From Verrucomicrobiota bacterium (GTDB lineage: Bacteria; Verrucomicrobiota; Kiritimatiellia; CAJWTS01), in contig JAQBYD010000005.1 of the NCBI GenBank assembly GCA_027623315.1, positions 16,699 to 80,698 of the forward strand: DNA of 64,000 bases, given 5' to 3'. Shown one piece after another: positions 49,884 to 60,966 of this stretch. The position numbers and the translations under genes are program-made. A model generated the notes under the pieces. The model was not told where the DNA came from, did not search any database, and saw only the letters and a list, made by a program, of their open reading frames with translations. The number at the start of each line of letters is the position of its first letter. Position 1 is the first letter of the stretch.

Positions 49884-50990
49884 CTATTGGCAGAGCTTCT
49901 TGATCAGCCGTCGGTACACATCCACCGCGCGATCCAGTTGATCGAGTTCAATATACTCTCCGACCGTATGCGCCTGGGCGACGTTGCCGGGCCCCATCAC
50001 GATGGTTTCGGCGAAGTTCTGATAGGTCACCGCCTCGGTGCCGTAGGGCACCGTGATCGCCTGCTCGTGCCCGGTAAGCTCGCAGGCCGTCCGGGCCAGG
50101 GTCGAGTCCCGGTCGGAGTAGAATACAGCGTGGCCGAACGTCTGGACCTCGAAGCCATATGCCGTGACGCGCTCCAAAATGAGTCTCTCGATCGCCTCGG
50201 ATCCGGATCGCGGCATGCTTCGGAGGCAGACCGTGCACACGCTCTTCGCAGCGGTGACATTCGCGGCGGTGCCGCCGTCGTTGATCACCATGTTGAACCC
50301 GTTCGTCGGCGGATCGAACTCCCCGTTACGATAGCCCGGATTCGATTTGAATTCTTTGGCCAGCTCGGACATTTCCACAAGGAACGGGGCCATCTTGAAG
50401 TTGGCGGATTCTCCCTTGTCCGTACTCGAGTGCGCCGCGACGCCGTGTGCCGTGACGACGATCGTGATGGCTCCCTTATGGGCGTACACGGGGGTCATTA
50501 AGGAGGGCTCGCATACGACCGCGAACTGGGGCCATGCGGCTGCAAGGGTCGCTGATTCGGCTGAGATCTGCTTGGCGCCGGCGTGCCCGACTTCCTCATC
50601 CGACGTGACGCCGATGAAAACCGGATGCTTCAGATCGTTCGCATTCACCTGTGAAGCAGCGACAATCGACGCCGAGAGCGGGCCCTTCATGTCGCAGCTT
50701 CCGCGACCGTAGAGACGGCCGTCCGCAATGCGAGGCGCATAGGGCTCCCATCCTTCATCACCTGGAACCGTATCGCTATGGCTGAAGAAGCCCAGGCCAC
50801 CTTGGCCGTCGCCCTTCTTTCCGACGAGATTGAACTTCTCGACGCCCGCGTCATCGATATAGAGGAGGCGTTCGACGGAGAACCCCGCCTCCAGGAGTGC
50901 CGCCTCCGAGCGGTCGGCGACTTCCTTGTTCGTGTCGCGGCTGACGGACGGGATGGCCACCAGGTCGTGAGTCAGCTCTTGCACGTTCAT
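49884..50990 (-). CDS. argE: M20 family peptidase, acetylornithine deacetylase-like
   Basis: HSDTVP, GRGSCDMKG, DEEVG, EPS, AAHSS, YGTEA, QAHTVGE. Confidence 0.85.
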   Translation of the reverse strand: MNVQELTHDLVAIPSVSRDTNKEVADRSEAALLEAGFSVERLLYIDDAGVEKFNLVGKKGDGQGGLGFFSHSDTVPGDEGWEPYAPRIADGRLYGRGSCDMKGPLSASIVAASQVNANDLKHPVFIGVTSDEEVGHAGAKQISAESATLAAAWPQFAVVCEPSLMTPVYAHKGAITIVVTAHGVAAHSSTDKGESANFKMAPFLVEMSELAKEFKSNPGYRNGEFDPPTNGFNMVINDGGTAANVTAAKSVCTVCLRSMPRSGSEAIERLILERVTAYGFEVQTFGHAVFYSDRDSTLARTACELTGHEQAITVPYGTEAVTYQNFAETIVMGPGNVAQAHTVGEYIELDQLDRAVDVYRRLIKKLCQ

Positions 50991-51090
50991 GAGAATAATG
51001 CTTACACCCGGGGGCCGCGTCTAGTCAAGACGGCGCGAAGGATTCCGTTCGGCGTCAGCGCTTGGAGGCAAAGCGGGGTGCCGCTTTCGG

Positions 51091-51465
51091 CTAGGGCGTG
51101 AACGCACGGCAGGTATCCACCATCACCTTCATATTCTCCTCGGACACCGGCGGGGCGACCGAGCAGGCCGAGGAGAGGGTGAACCCCGCTAAGGTATGCC
51201 CCGCAGTTTCCAGGATGGTCGAGACGTCGCTGCGCACCTTCTCCTCGTCACCGTGGAGCAAGGTGCTGACAGGGTCGACGTTGCCCTTCATGAAAATCTT
51301 GCCATTCACGCGTTCAACGGCATTCTCCAGTTCCACGTCACCGAGTGGAGGCGGGTCGAGGCACTCGATGCCGGAGACGCCGCATTTCATGATCAACTCC
51401 AGACGATCGTCGATCGCGCCGCTACGGCCCAGGCCACTGCCCGCGGGGATGTCTGTTTCGATCAA
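51091..51465 (-). pseudogene. C-terminal fragment of a uroporphyrinogen decarboxylase (UroD/MtaA-like) family protein
   Basis: GAIDDRLE..ECLDPPPLGDVEL..KGNVDP..FTLSSACSV; about one third of the expected length; HTCG motif missing. Confidence 0.65.
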
Positions 51466-51516
51466 GCCTGACGGAGCTATCCGTGTTCGTAGTAGGAAAA
51501 GTGTGAGATATCCGGG

Positions 51517-52293
51517 CTAGTAGGTCGCACGTCCGCCGCTGAGGTCGAAGATGGCGCCGGTGCAGAAGCTGCATTCGCGTGACACAATAAAGGCCGTCAT
51601 ATCGGCGGCTTCGTCGAGGGATCCCGTGCGCTTCATGGGGATGCGGTCTGTCATGTACGTCACCATGGCGGGATCAGCCGCCTCCACCATCGGCGTGCGA
51701 ATGACGGCCGGCGCGATGCCATTCACGGTCACGCCGGTTTCGGCATATTCCTTGCCGATGGCCTTGACCAGACCGAGGACCGCTGACTTGCTTGTGGAAT
51801 ACCCGCACATGCCGGGATTGCCTTCCTTGCCGGCGATGGACGCGTAGAGCAGGATTCGTCCGTAGTCCTGCTGGACCATGGGCTTTATGGCGTGCTTGGT
51901 CATCAGAAACGAGCCCCGCAGGTTGACGTTGCAGACCTGGTCGAACTGCGCGGAATCGTACTCGAGGATCTTCGTGTTGGTGGGGCCCACGACTCCGGCG
52001 CAGTTGACCATGATGTCCAGGCGGCCGTGCTCGGCGAGTACGGCGTCGATTCCGGCGACGACGGACTCTTCACTCGTGATATCGACCCGAGTGGCCCCCA
52101 CGCTCAGGCCTTCATCGCTCAACGCATCCCGCGTCGCCTGGAGCTGTGCCTCGTCGCGATCGAACATGGCTACGATGGCGCCATGCGAAGCCAGTCGCCG
52201 GGCCACGGCCGAGCCGATCCCACTTGCGCCGCCCGTGACGACGGCAATTTGACCTGAGAATCTTGTATTTGTTGGTGTCACAGCGTCTCCCAT
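51517..52293 (-). CDS. SDR family oxidoreductase
   Basis: TGGASGIG, NCAG, YSTSK catalytic motif. Confidence 0.93.
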   Translation of the reverse strand: MGDAVTPTNTRFSGQIAVVTGGASGIGSAVARRLASHGAIVAMFDRDEAQLQATRDALSDEGLSVGATRVDITSEESVVAGIDAVLAEHGRLDIMVNCAGVVGPTNTKILEYDSAQFDQVCNVNLRGSFLMTKHAIKPMVQQDYGRILLYASIAGKEGNPGMCGYSTSKSAVLGLVKAIGKEYAETGVTVNGIAPAVIRTPMVEAADPAMVTYMTDRIPMKRTGSLDEAADMTAFIVSRECSFCTGAIFDLSGGRATY

Positions 52294-52341
52294 CTGAAGT
52301 GATTCTGGCAGATTCTATCTCCGATACGAAGACATCCTAAA

Positions 52342-52803
52342 TCAGGTCTTCGCACTCTCGGCAGTGTCTTTATCGTCTCCCGAACGGATAAGGGCATTCA
52401 TTTCCTTCTCGTAGCACTCGGGACAGATGCTGTGGGTGAGTGCAATCGTCGAGTGGTCGCTGAGAAGCGACTCGAGTTCCTCCCAGGCGCTTTCCTCGAT
52501 TCGAATCTTGCGGCAGTACGAGCAGACGGCAAGCATTCCCTTAACGATGCGGCGTTGCTGAAGGTAGGTATTGCCAACCGTGATGATTCCCGTGATGAGG
52601 ACCCCGGCTGACGCGACGCAGCCGCGAACAACGTCTGGCTCGCGTTCGGGTACGTCATATAGAAGTGACGGAATGTTCAGAAGCTCATTCACCCAGATGA
52701 GAAGCAGCAGGATCACGAACGCGGCCCACTGCCATACCGCAACGTAGCTGTAACCTTTCGTGACCCTGAGAACGAAGGCCTTGTTTTCGTGCATCTGTGC
52801 CAT
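52342..52803 (-). CDS. Two-TM membrane protein with C-terminal Cys/His (putative Zn) motif
   Basis: CSYCRKIR...W....THSICPEC. Confidence 0.8.
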   Translation of the reverse strand: MAQMHENKAFVLRVTKGYSYVAVWQWAAFVILLLLIWVNELLNIPSLLYDVPEREPDVVRGCVASAGVLITGIITVGNTYLQQRRIVKGMLAVCSYCRKIRIEESAWEELESLLSDHSTIALTHSICPECYEKEMNALIRSGDDKDTAESAKT

Positions 52804-53016
52804 ACTGCTTTCCTCCGGGTTGAGTTCGGAGGAGAAGGGAGCGGCGCGAGGTGCCCTTCCTCCGCTCTCGAAGACGGGGGAACTATAATGCGGAACGGAG
52901 GTGGCTGCAAATAGATTTACCGAACGCTCGGAAGTGGGCGATTCAGATTTGCCTTGAAGTGATCACGGCAAGTTAGTCAGAGTGAGAAATTCGGGCGAAA
53001 CCTGGAGTAGAGCGCT

Positions 53017-54729
53017 ATGAGCGAACCAGAAAATAATCATGCATCGCACTTTATTCGCGATATTATTGAAGAAGACGTCCGCGCGGGGAAGCACGACGGG
53101 GAGGTGGTTACTCGATTTCCACCGGAACCGAACGGCTTCCTGCATATTGGCCATGCGAAGGCCATCTCGCTGGATTTCGGCGTCGCCGCCGACTTCGGCG
53201 GGCGCTGCCATCTTCGCTTCGACGACACGAACCCGGATAAGGAGAGCCTGGAATTTGTCGAGGGCATCAAGAGGGATGTCCGCTGGTTGGGATTTGATTG
53301 GGGTGAGCATGAGTACTACGCCTCCGACTATTTCGAAAATCTCCACGATTTCGCCGTCGCATTGATTCGGAGCGGCAAGGCCTATGTCTGTGATCTGCGC
53401 GTCGAGGAGTTCAAGCAGTACCGGGGCGTGCCGACGCGGCCCGGAAAAGAAAGTCCGTCGCGCGATCGCCCCGCGGACGAGAACGAAGAGCTCTTCCGAA
53501 GCATGCGCGCGGGCGAGTTTGAAGACGGCGCGTTCGTTCTGCGCGCACGCATCGATATGGCCTCGCCCAATCTCCATATGCGGGATCCAGCCCTCTACCG
53601 AATCAAGAGGAGCACGCACTACAGGACGGCCGACACCTGGTGCATCTATCCGACGTACGACTTCGCGCACTGCGTATCGGACGCGATCGAGGGTGTCACG
53701 CATTCGCTGTGCACCCTGGAGTTTGAAGTGCACCGACCCGTTTACGACTGGATTCTTGAGCAGTTGGGCTTCGAGAATCCGCCCCGGCAGATCGAATTCG
53801 CTCCGCTCAATCTCAACTACACGGCGCTGAGCAAACGGCTTTACGAACCCTTGATCCAGGCCGGCGCCGTCAGCGGCTGGGACGATCCGCGCATGCCGAC
53901 TCTCGCCGCGCTGCGACGGCGCGGGTACAGTGCCGAATCGATTCGGGCACTTTGCGCGGAGGTCGGGGTCACCAAGTTTGAGAGCACGACCGACGTCGGG
54001 TTGCTGGAGCATCATCTACGCCAGGACCTGAACCCCCGTGCGCCGCGCGTGATGGGTGTATTGCGCCCGCTGAAGGTCGTCCTCACCAACTACCCGGAGG
54101 GCGAGGGCGAAGCCCTGGACGCGATCAATAATCCCGAAGATCCGGACGCCGGGTCACGCAAAGTCCCGTTCTCGCGAGAGCTCTACATCGAACGGGATGA
54201 CTTTCACGAGGATCCCCCGAAGAAGTTCTTCCGCCTGGCACCGGGGCGAGAAGTCAGGCTGCGCTATGCCTATTTCATCACATGCGACGAGGCGCTTAAG
54301 GATGCCGACGGCAACATCGTGGAGCTGCGCTGCCACTATGATCCGGAGACCAAGGGCGGGGATTCAGCAGACGGCCGCAAGGTCAAGGCGACGCTGCACT
54401 GGGTCTCCGCTCCGCATGCGCTGAAGACGGAAATCCGGCTTTATGAGCGCTTGTTCGCCGACGAGAATCCGCTGGGCGACAAGGATCGGGATCTGAGCGA
54501 GGCGCTGAATCCGGATTCACTGGAGGTCGTGACTGGCTATGTGGAGCCCAGTGTTGCGAGTGCAGAGACCGGTAGTCTCTATCAGTTCGAGCGGCTCGGA
54601 TACTTCTGCGTAGACAGCGAAGACTCAACGCCCGAGCGCATGGTGTTCAACCGCACCATCACGCTTCGGGACACGTGGGCCAAAGCCACGGTCGAACGTA
54701 CGGCCATGGCCGAGTTTTCTGTGAAATAG
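53017..54729 (+). CDS. glnS: Glutamine--tRNA ligase
   Basis: [41 protein letters not shown]-like (YQFERLGYF). Confidence 0.96.
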   Translation: MSEPENNHASHFIRDIIEEDVRAGKHDGEVVTRFPPEPNGFLHIGHAKAISLDFGVAADFGGRCHLRFDDTNPDKESLEFVEGIKRDVRWLGFDWGEHEYYASDYFENLHDFAVALIRSGKAYVCDLRVEEFKQYRGVPTRPGKESPSRDRPADENEELFRSMRAGEFEDGAFVLRARIDMASPNLHMRDPALYRIKRSTHYRTADTWCIYPTYDFAHCVSDAIEGVTHSLCTLEFEVHRPVYDWILEQLGFENPPRQIEFAPLNLNYTALSKRLYEPLIQAGAVSGWDDPRMPTLAALRRRGYSAESIRALCAEVGVTKFESTTDVGLLEHHLRQDLNPRAPRVMGVLRPLKVVLTNYPEGEGEALDAINNPEDPDAGSRKVPFSRELYIERDDFHEDPPKKFFRLAPGREVRLRYAYFITCDEALKDADGNIVELRCHYDPETKGGDSADGRKVKATLHWVSAPHALKTEIRLYERLFADENPLGDKDRDLSEALNPDSLEVVTGYVEPSVASAETGSLYQFERLGYFCVDSEDSTPERMVFNRTITLRDTWAKATVERTAMAEFSVK

Positions 54730-54910
54730 TTGGCGCGAAAGTAGTAGTCGCCCGGAAGCTCGCCCGCAGGTGTTGTAATCTACTGCGGGTGCAGTACATT
54801 CGGATGGCTGCATTTAGCCGGGGGGCGTATTCTGATCGGTAGAGAAGAAACGGAATGGTTCTATGGACACCTCGCCCTGGCCCTTTCACCGGGGGGAGAC
54901 GGAGAAAATC

Positions 54911-56242
54911 ATGTCGATACGTGTAAGATTCGCACCCAGCCCAACGGGACAGGTTCACATCGGGAACATTCGGGCGGCGATCTACAACTGGCTTTTCGCG
55001 CGGCATCACGGCGGGAAATTCCTGCTTCGCGTCGAGGATACGGACCGCGAGCGGTCGACCCCCGAGGCCGTTGCCACGGTCTTTGCGGCCCTGCAATGGC
55101 TTGAGATCGACTACGACGAAGAGCCGGTTTACCAGTCCTCGCGCCAGTCCGCGCATCTCGAGGCCGCCGAGAAGCTGCTCTCGGCCGGCTTGGCGTATAA
55201 GGCCGACAAGGGGGACACCGGGAAGGGCGAGGCCGTGTTGTTCAAGATGCCGGGACGAGATCTTTCGTTTCACGATGAGTTGAAGGGCGAACTGTCCAAG
55301 AAGGCGGAAGATCTCCAGGATCTCGTGATCGTACGCTCCAACGGCACCCCCGTCTTTCATCTCGCCAACGTGGTGGACGATATTCACATGGGGATCACGC
55401 ATGTGATTCGCGGAGACGATCATATCGAGAATACGTACCGCCATGTCGCGCTCTACGAAGCGCTGCAAGGGCAGGTCCCGCGCTTCGCGCATCTTCCGAT
55501 GATCGTGAATGCACAGGGGAAGCCGTACTCGAAGCGCGACGGCGCCGCATTCGTCGGGGAGTTTCGTGACCAGGGCTACCGGGCCGATGCGTTCTTCAAC
55601 TACCTGGTCCTGCTCGGCTGGGCGCCCGGCGATGACCGGGAAGTGATGAGCCGAGCCGAGATCGTCCAGGCCTTCGACCTGACGCAGGTCAAGTCGTCCG
55701 CCGCGCAGGTGGATCTCGCAAAGTGTGAATGGATGAACGGCGAGTACATTCGCGCGATGCCGCTCGAGGAGTTTCGCGCGCCGTTCACCGAGACGCTGAC
55801 CTCCAACGGAGTCGACCTGTCCGGATTTTCCGAGGAGTACACCAGGCAGGTCATGGAACTAATGCAGGTGCGCACCAAGCTCTACGCGAAGATCCCGGAC
55901 GACACGCGTTTCTTCTTCTGCGAGGATTTCGAATACAACGAGAAGGGCGTACGGAAGCGGCTGCAGAGGGACGGCGCGCTGGATCATCTGTCGGCCTTGC
56001 GAGAGCGGCTGGCGACGCTGGACGACTTCACGGCGGTGTCGCTCGAAGAGTGTGTGCGAGCCGTGGCCGAGGAGAGGGGGGTGTCTCCCGGAGAACTGAT
56101 GCATCCCACTCGCGTGGCGGTCTCGGGGCTCACGTATGGTCCCGGCCTGTTCGAGATCCTCGAAATCCTCGGCAGGGATCGTGTTGGCGCGCGGATGCAA
56201 CGTGTCGGCGAGCGCTTCGCCGGGCCGCCCGCAGACCTGTGA
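54911..56242 (+). CDS. gltX: Glutamate--tRNA ligase
   Basis: RFAPSPTG.VHIG, LRVEDTD, HVIRGDDH, PYSKR. Confidence 0.95.
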   Translation: MSIRVRFAPSPTGQVHIGNIRAAIYNWLFARHHGGKFLLRVEDTDRERSTPEAVATVFAALQWLEIDYDEEPVYQSSRQSAHLEAAEKLLSAGLAYKADKGDTGKGEAVLFKMPGRDLSFHDELKGELSKKAEDLQDLVIVRSNGTPVFHLANVVDDIHMGITHVIRGDDHIENTYRHVALYEALQGQVPRFAHLPMIVNAQGKPYSKRDGAAFVGEFRDQGYRADAFFNYLVLLGWAPGDDREVMSRAEIVQAFDLTQVKSSAAQVDLAKCEWMNGEYIRAMPLEEFRAPFTETLTSNGVDLSGFSEEYTRQVMELMQVRTKLYAKIPDDTRFFFCEDFEYNEKGVRKRLQRDGALDHLSALRERLATLDDFTAVSLEECVRAVAEERGVSPGELMHPTRVAVSGLTYGPGLFEILEILGRDRVGARMQRVGERFAGPPADL

Positions 56243-56368
56243 TAATGATTGATGCACGGGTATCCAGAATCCAGTTTCTGCTCTATGATACGCCGAGCCC
56301 ACACTTCTGCGGGTTCCCAGTAAGAAACAACGGCGAATAACAAACAGCCCATACCGAGTCGCCACACT

Positions 56369-57712
56369 ATGAATCGAACCGTTGCCATCGTCGGTCGCCC
56401 CAACGTGGGGAAGTCCTCTATCTTCAACCGTGTCGTCGGGCGGCGTGTCGCGATCGTGCATGAGGAGAGTGGGGTCACGCGTGATCGCCTGATTCGTGAG
56501 GTAGAGCGCGAAGGGGACCGCCTTCAGCTGATCGACACGGGTGGGGTGGGTAATATGGACAGTGCGCACTCACCGGGTGAGATCGAGGCCGGCACGCGTC
56601 GCCAGGTTGACGTCGCACTCGAAGACGCTGCCGTCGTGATCTTTGTGCTGAATGTGGAAGACGGAATCGTGTCCCTCGATGAAGAGGTCATGCGACTCCT
56701 GCGCGCCAGCGGCCGCGACGTGATCGTGGCGGCGAACAAGTGTGACACCGTTGAGCGCGATAGCCTGGCCGACGAGTACCAGCGGTTCGGGTTCGACGTT
56801 TTCCCCGTATCGGCGCTGCACAGCCGGGGCATAGGGCCACTGATGGATGCGGTTGTTGATCGACTTCCCGCCGTGGAGAAGTCGGGCACGCCGGACGCAC
56901 TCAAGGTGGCCGTAGTGGGCCGTCCGAACGTGGGCAAGTCGTCGTACGTCAACCGTCTGCTGCATAGTGACCGGGTGATCGTGTCCGAAGTCCCCGGCAC
57001 CACGCGAGACAGCATCGATGTACCGTTCCGTGTAGGCGACGGGGTCGGTGCGCGGCATTACGTGCTTACCGATACGGCCGGCCTGCGGCGACGCGGGAAA
57101 GTGGATAACGCCGTGGAGACATATAGTGCCATGCGCGCCGTGAAGAGCATCGAGAGGTCCGATGTCGTGGTCCTGATGATCGACGGGGAGCAGGGCCCCA
57201 CGGCTCAGGATCGCAAGATCGCGGCCAAGGTTGAGTACCTGAAGCGGGGCTGTGTACTCGTCGTGAACAAGTGGGATCTATGCGATCACACGACCCAGCG
57301 GCAGTACGTGGAGACCTTGACCCGGGAACTTCCGTTCTTCGCCTACGTGCCGACCGTTTATATATCGGCCAAGACGGGATACAACGTGCGCAAGAGTATT
57401 GATGCCATTGATCACGTCGCCGCCGAGGTTAGCCGCGAAATTCCGACTGGAATATTGAACCGGGTCGTTCTGGATGCTTACGAAAGAGTCCACCCGCCGC
57501 TGGTAAAGAATAAGCCGCTCAAGATCTACTATTGCACGCAGATCGGCCAGAGGCCGATTCGGATTGGGCTCTTCGTGAATGAACCCAAGCGTGTGCAGCC
57601 GGCATATCGCACGTACCTCACGCGCGAGATTCGGTCGGCGTTCGGGCTCGAGGGAGCACCGGTCGTGTTGCAGTTCAGGGCGCGCCGTGAGTCGAGGGCC
57701 CGCGCACGATGA
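56369..57712 (+). CDS. der: Ribosome biogenesis GTPase Der/EngA
   Basis: Two GRPNVGKSS G-domains and a C-terminal KH-like domain. Confidence 0.97.
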   Translation: MNRTVAIVGRPNVGKSSIFNRVVGRRVAIVHEESGVTRDRLIREVEREGDRLQLIDTGGVGNMDSAHSPGEIEAGTRRQVDVALEDAAVVIFVLNVEDGIVSLDEEVMRLLRASGRDVIVAANKCDTVERDSLADEYQRFGFDVFPVSALHSRGIGPLMDAVVDRLPAVEKSGTPDALKVAVVGRPNVGKSSYVNRLLHSDRVIVSEVPGTTRDSIDVPFRVGDGVGARHYVLTDTAGLRRRGKVDNAVETYSAMRAVKSIERSDVVVLMIDGEQGPTAQDRKIAAKVEYLKRGCVLVVNKWDLCDHTTQRQYVETLTRELPFFAYVPTVYISAKTGYNVRKSIDAIDHVAAEVSREIPTGILNRVVLDAYERVHPPLVKNKPLKIYYCTQIGQRPIRIGLFVNEPKRVQPAYRTYLTREIRSAFGLEGAPVVLQFRARRESRARAR

Positions 57713-59334
57713 CGTCACGGCGAAGCGTGATGCTCTCGATCGTGCTGCTGTACGCGGCGGCCGTAATCGCCTGGGTGTGGCACGTCCCCTATCGACCGGA
57801 CTATCTCCTGCGCCCCATCCCTCCCACGGCGGCGTTCGTGAGCGTGCACGATGAGTTGGATCAACGATGGCTGGATGTCGCACAGTCGTCCCTGCTCGCC
57901 AATGTCTTGATAAAACAGGGCGTTTCGCAGGAGGATATCGCCGCGATTGCCCAGGACCCGGATCTGAAACGTTGGATTCCGCGTCTTGCCTCGAAGAGAA
58001 CCGTCGTCGCGTACGTGCCGCAGTATGGGCCGCTTCGCCGTGAGGCCTGGGTCGTGGTGACCTGGGTTGGCCGTTACAGCCGCCTGCTGCGCTGGTCCGA
58101 AAGCCTCGGGCTGGCGGACGATATTCGCGGGCGCACATCGGCGTTGGGAACAGAAATCTACGAATTGGTCGACCCGGTCGGAGCCGGCGACAAGGCGTTC
58201 ACCTTCGCGCTTGAAGATGGGGTGCTCATCGGTTGTTGGACCGCTCACCCCGGTGGTGTTTCCTATCTGCACCGTCGGTCACGCGTGCAGGACGGGAGTC
58301 CGTGGAGGGAACAGACGGCGTTGCTCTCGGCCGCGAACCCTGATCGCGGTCTCGTCTTTCCGAATCGCGTGGTTCGAAATCCGGTTCTCGTACGACCATT
58401 GCAGGTCGAATTGAATCGAATGCAAACGGATACGCTCGAGGTGTCGGTGTCCGGCCACGAACAGATCATGGTCGAGGAGGTGGCCGCCATCTCAGACGAT
58501 CAACTGGAAGATCTGAGTCGACTGCTCGGGGCCCTGCCGGACGCCGTCGTGGGTCTCCCTGCGGGATTGATTAAATCGATGTTGCCGTCGCGCGATCGAC
58601 GTATCTTCGATATCGTGACCAGCGAAGCGCTGCAGCAGATAACGGCAGAGAACCAGGGGCTTCCCGTGGTCGCGGCCGCGTTGAGCGGGGACTTCAGTGG
58701 CCGGGTCGGTCGGGGCAACCCGTACTTTCTCTTCCAGGGCGTCAAGGTGCCGACACTCTTCCTGGCCGTCCCGCATTTGAACGCCGACAAGGCCGCCGCC
58801 TCGGCCGGGTTGATGCTCGACCAGATTAACGGGCTCTTCCAGGCTGGGCTGATTCCGCGTCGCGCGGAGGTAGGCGACCGCTCGATGGTGATCGTGGAGG
58901 GGACCGGGAGCGACTTCTACAGTGAGCTTGATATCAAGGAGCGTGTTGCCTACGCCGTCTGCGACCGCTGGGTCGTCCTGTGCAGCAACTCCGACGCGCT
59001 GCGCAAGTTGCTTGCGCGCTACGATCGAGAAGAAGCGATGCGCTTTGACCCGGACTTGCGCTGGCGACGTGGCGTGTCGAAAGACGGGGCGTCGCTCTAT
59101 TCGTGGATTCACGTACCGCGCGTGATCGGATCGATCCGGGCCGGCCTTACGCTTGCCAAGTTCCTGGTGCCGCGCGATGAGCAGGGCGCGCGCGTTCACG
59201 ATCGGATTGCACAAGCCTCGAGCGCCGTTGATGTTCTGGCCGTGTTGGACGAGATTGAGCTTCGGATTCAAACTCGCGAAGACGGCTGGTACGCGAATCT
59301 CGCCGTCGAAGGCAAAGTCTCTTCAACGCCGTGA
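57709..59334 (+). CDS. Hypothetical membrane-anchored protein
   Basis: ATGA overlap with der; N-terminal TM helix; 541-aa ORF. Confidence 0.75.
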   Translation: MTSRRSVMLSIVLLYAAAVIAWVWHVPYRPDYLLRPIPPTAAFVSVHDELDQRWLDVAQSSLLANVLIKQGVSQEDIAAIAQDPDLKRWIPRLASKRTVVAYVPQYGPLRREAWVVVTWVGRYSRLLRWSESLGLADDIRGRTSALGTEIYELVDPVGAGDKAFTFALEDGVLIGCWTAHPGGVSYLHRRSRVQDGSPWREQTALLSAANPDRGLVFPNRVVRNPVLVRPLQVELNRMQTDTLEVSVSGHEQIMVEEVAAISDDQLEDLSRLLGALPDAVVGLPAGLIKSMLPSRDRRIFDIVTSEALQQITAENQGLPVVAAALSGDFSGRVGRGNPYFLFQGVKVPTLFLAVPHLNADKAAASAGLMLDQINGLFQAGLIPRRAEVGDRSMVIVEGTGSDFYSELDIKERVAYAVCDRWVVLCSNSDALRKLLARYDREEAMRFDPDLRWRRGVSKDGASLYSWIHVPRVIGSIRAGLTLAKFLVPRDEQGARVHDRIAQASSAVDVLAVLDEIELRIQTREDGWYANLAVEGKVSSTP

Positions 59335-59381
59335 GGCGTGCCTTCAACGAGCGATGTCCTTCTCCCGCAACGAGGGCGGGT

Positions 59382-59984
59382 CTATTCGGTGGTTGGGGTA
59401 AGCAGCAGGTCCCGCCAGGCGCTGCGCGCGTGCTGTAGCGCCAGTGCACGATGCGAGATCCTGTTCTTAACGTCTGCGCTGAGTTCTGCAAAAGTTTCGC
59501 GGTATCCTGCGGGACGGAAGATGGGATCGTAACCGAACCCGAGATTTCCGGATCGTTCGGTCGCGATCGAGCCTTCGCATACTCCATCCAGGGCGCGGGC
59601 GTCGCCGCATGGACTGGACAGCGCGATCACGGTCCGAAATCGTGCGCGTCTGTCATCGATGCCCCGGAGTTCTTTCAATAGCAGGGCCATGTTGGCCCCG
59701 GCGTCCGGCGGATCTCCTGCATATCGCGCCGAGATAACTCCCGGTGCGCCATCGAGAGCGTCCACTTCAAGCCCCGTGTCGTCAGCCAGCGCCCACAATC
59801 CGCTGGCGCGCGCCAGCTCGACGGCCTTCTTGACCGCATTCTGTTCGAGCGTCTCTCCGTCTTCGACGACTTCAGCGAGACCGGGGATGTCTGCGCAGGA
59901 CACGAGATCTAATCCGGGAAGATCCAGGATTGCGCGAATCTCGTCGAGTTTGCCCGGGTTACGAGTGGCGATGAAAAGATTCAT
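59382..59984 (-). CDS. rdgB: Non-canonical purine NTP pyrophosphatase (RdgB/HAM1)
   Basis: ATRNPGK, ADDTGL, SARYAG, GFGYDPIF, KNRISHR. Confidence 0.95.
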   Translation of the reverse strand: MNLFIATRNPGKLDEIRAILDLPGLDLVSCADIPGLAEVVEDGETLEQNAVKKAVELARASGLWALADDTGLEVDALDGAPGVISARYAGDPPDAGANMALLLKELRGIDDRRARFRTVIALSSPCGDARALDGVCEGSIATERSGNLGFGYDPIFRPAGYRETFAELSADVKNRISHRALALQHARSAWRDLLLTPTTE

Positions 59985-60027
59985 GCAGGTCAACGCGTGT
60001 TGGCCGCGCGGACGCGGTCAACGAAAA

Positions 60028-60116
60028 TGGTGCTCGGGGCGGGATTCGAACCCGCACAGCCTGTTACGGCCACCAGGCCCTCAACCTGGCGTGTCTGCCA
60101 GTTCCACCACCCGAGC
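60028..60116 (-). tRNA. tRNA-Leu (GAG)
   Basis: CCAGG-TT-GAG-GG-CCTGG anticodon arm; long variable arm; encoded CCA. Confidence 0.95.
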
Positions 60117-60207
60117 ATTCCTGGCTGAAGCGGGTTAACTTACCCATCCGGCGAACCACAAATCAAGCACGCTTCTTGGCGGGGTGGTCCCGGGCCGCGC
60201 CGGCTTG

Positions 60208-60966
60208 CTACGGGCCTGGTTTTGCAGGGAACTCCTGCAGGGCGAGGCCGGTTCCCATGAACTCTACGCGCAGGGGTTCATGCAGCTCGCGCAGGGCGTT
60301 GGGGTCTCGCTTGATGTCATAGCTCCAAGTCGCGCTGCGGTCAGTCTTGCGGAATGTCGAGGCGGTGACGATTCGCCCCGGTACGCGCACCTTTACCGAG
60401 ACACGGAATCCGGAGAAGATACTCATGATGGTCCGAAACTCCTCGGACCCTGCCTGAAGCGTCGGGATATCGTAGTCGCCTTCTTCGCTGATGCGAATTA
60501 CGAGCTCGTAGTTTCCGTTCTCCAGCTTGGTCAGCGACATGTTCTGGCCGGCGAAGTGATCGAGTTTTCTCAGATGTCCCAGGTCGTCAAACGCGCCCTT
60601 TATCTCGATCGAGTCCCAGGATTCCTCCTTGTTGTGGTCCAATGCAGAGATCCTGAGGCCGGGCCCTTTGTTGGACTCGAGATGTTTCTGGACATACTCG
60701 AAGTCGAAGAGTTGAGGGCCGAGCACGCTGGTGGAACGGCCGGCCGCGGGGTGGTTGGTCTGGGGCCCGAGACCGTGAAGCGTCTCCGTAAGGTCTACCA
60801 TCGACTGGAGCCGTTTGATCGTGGACTCGGGCGCCGCGTATTTCAGCCTGGCGATGATGGCGCCTTCGGAGTCCAGTTCGATTTCCTGGTCAACGTCAAG
60901 GCATCCGCCGAGGCATGCCGGAACAAGCGCGATCAAAAGCGCGCGAAGGTATGGCTGGAGATTCAT
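60208..60966 (-). CDS. Putative lipoprotein
   Basis: Lipobox LGGC; ATGA overlap with ftsB; V.VPG.IV..S motif. Confidence 0.75.
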   Translation of the reverse strand: MNLQPYLRALLIALVPACLGGCLDVDQEIELDSEGAIIARLKYAAPESTIKRLQSMVDLTETLHGLGPQTNHPAAGRSTSVLGPQLFDFEYVQKHLESNKGPGLRISALDHNKEESWDSIEIKGAFDDLGHLRKLDHFAGQNMSLTKLENGNYELVIRISEEGDYDIPTLQAGSEEFRTIMSIFSGFRVSVKVRVPGRIVTASTFRKTDRSATWSYDIKRDPNALRELHEPLRVEFMGTGLALQEFPAKPGP

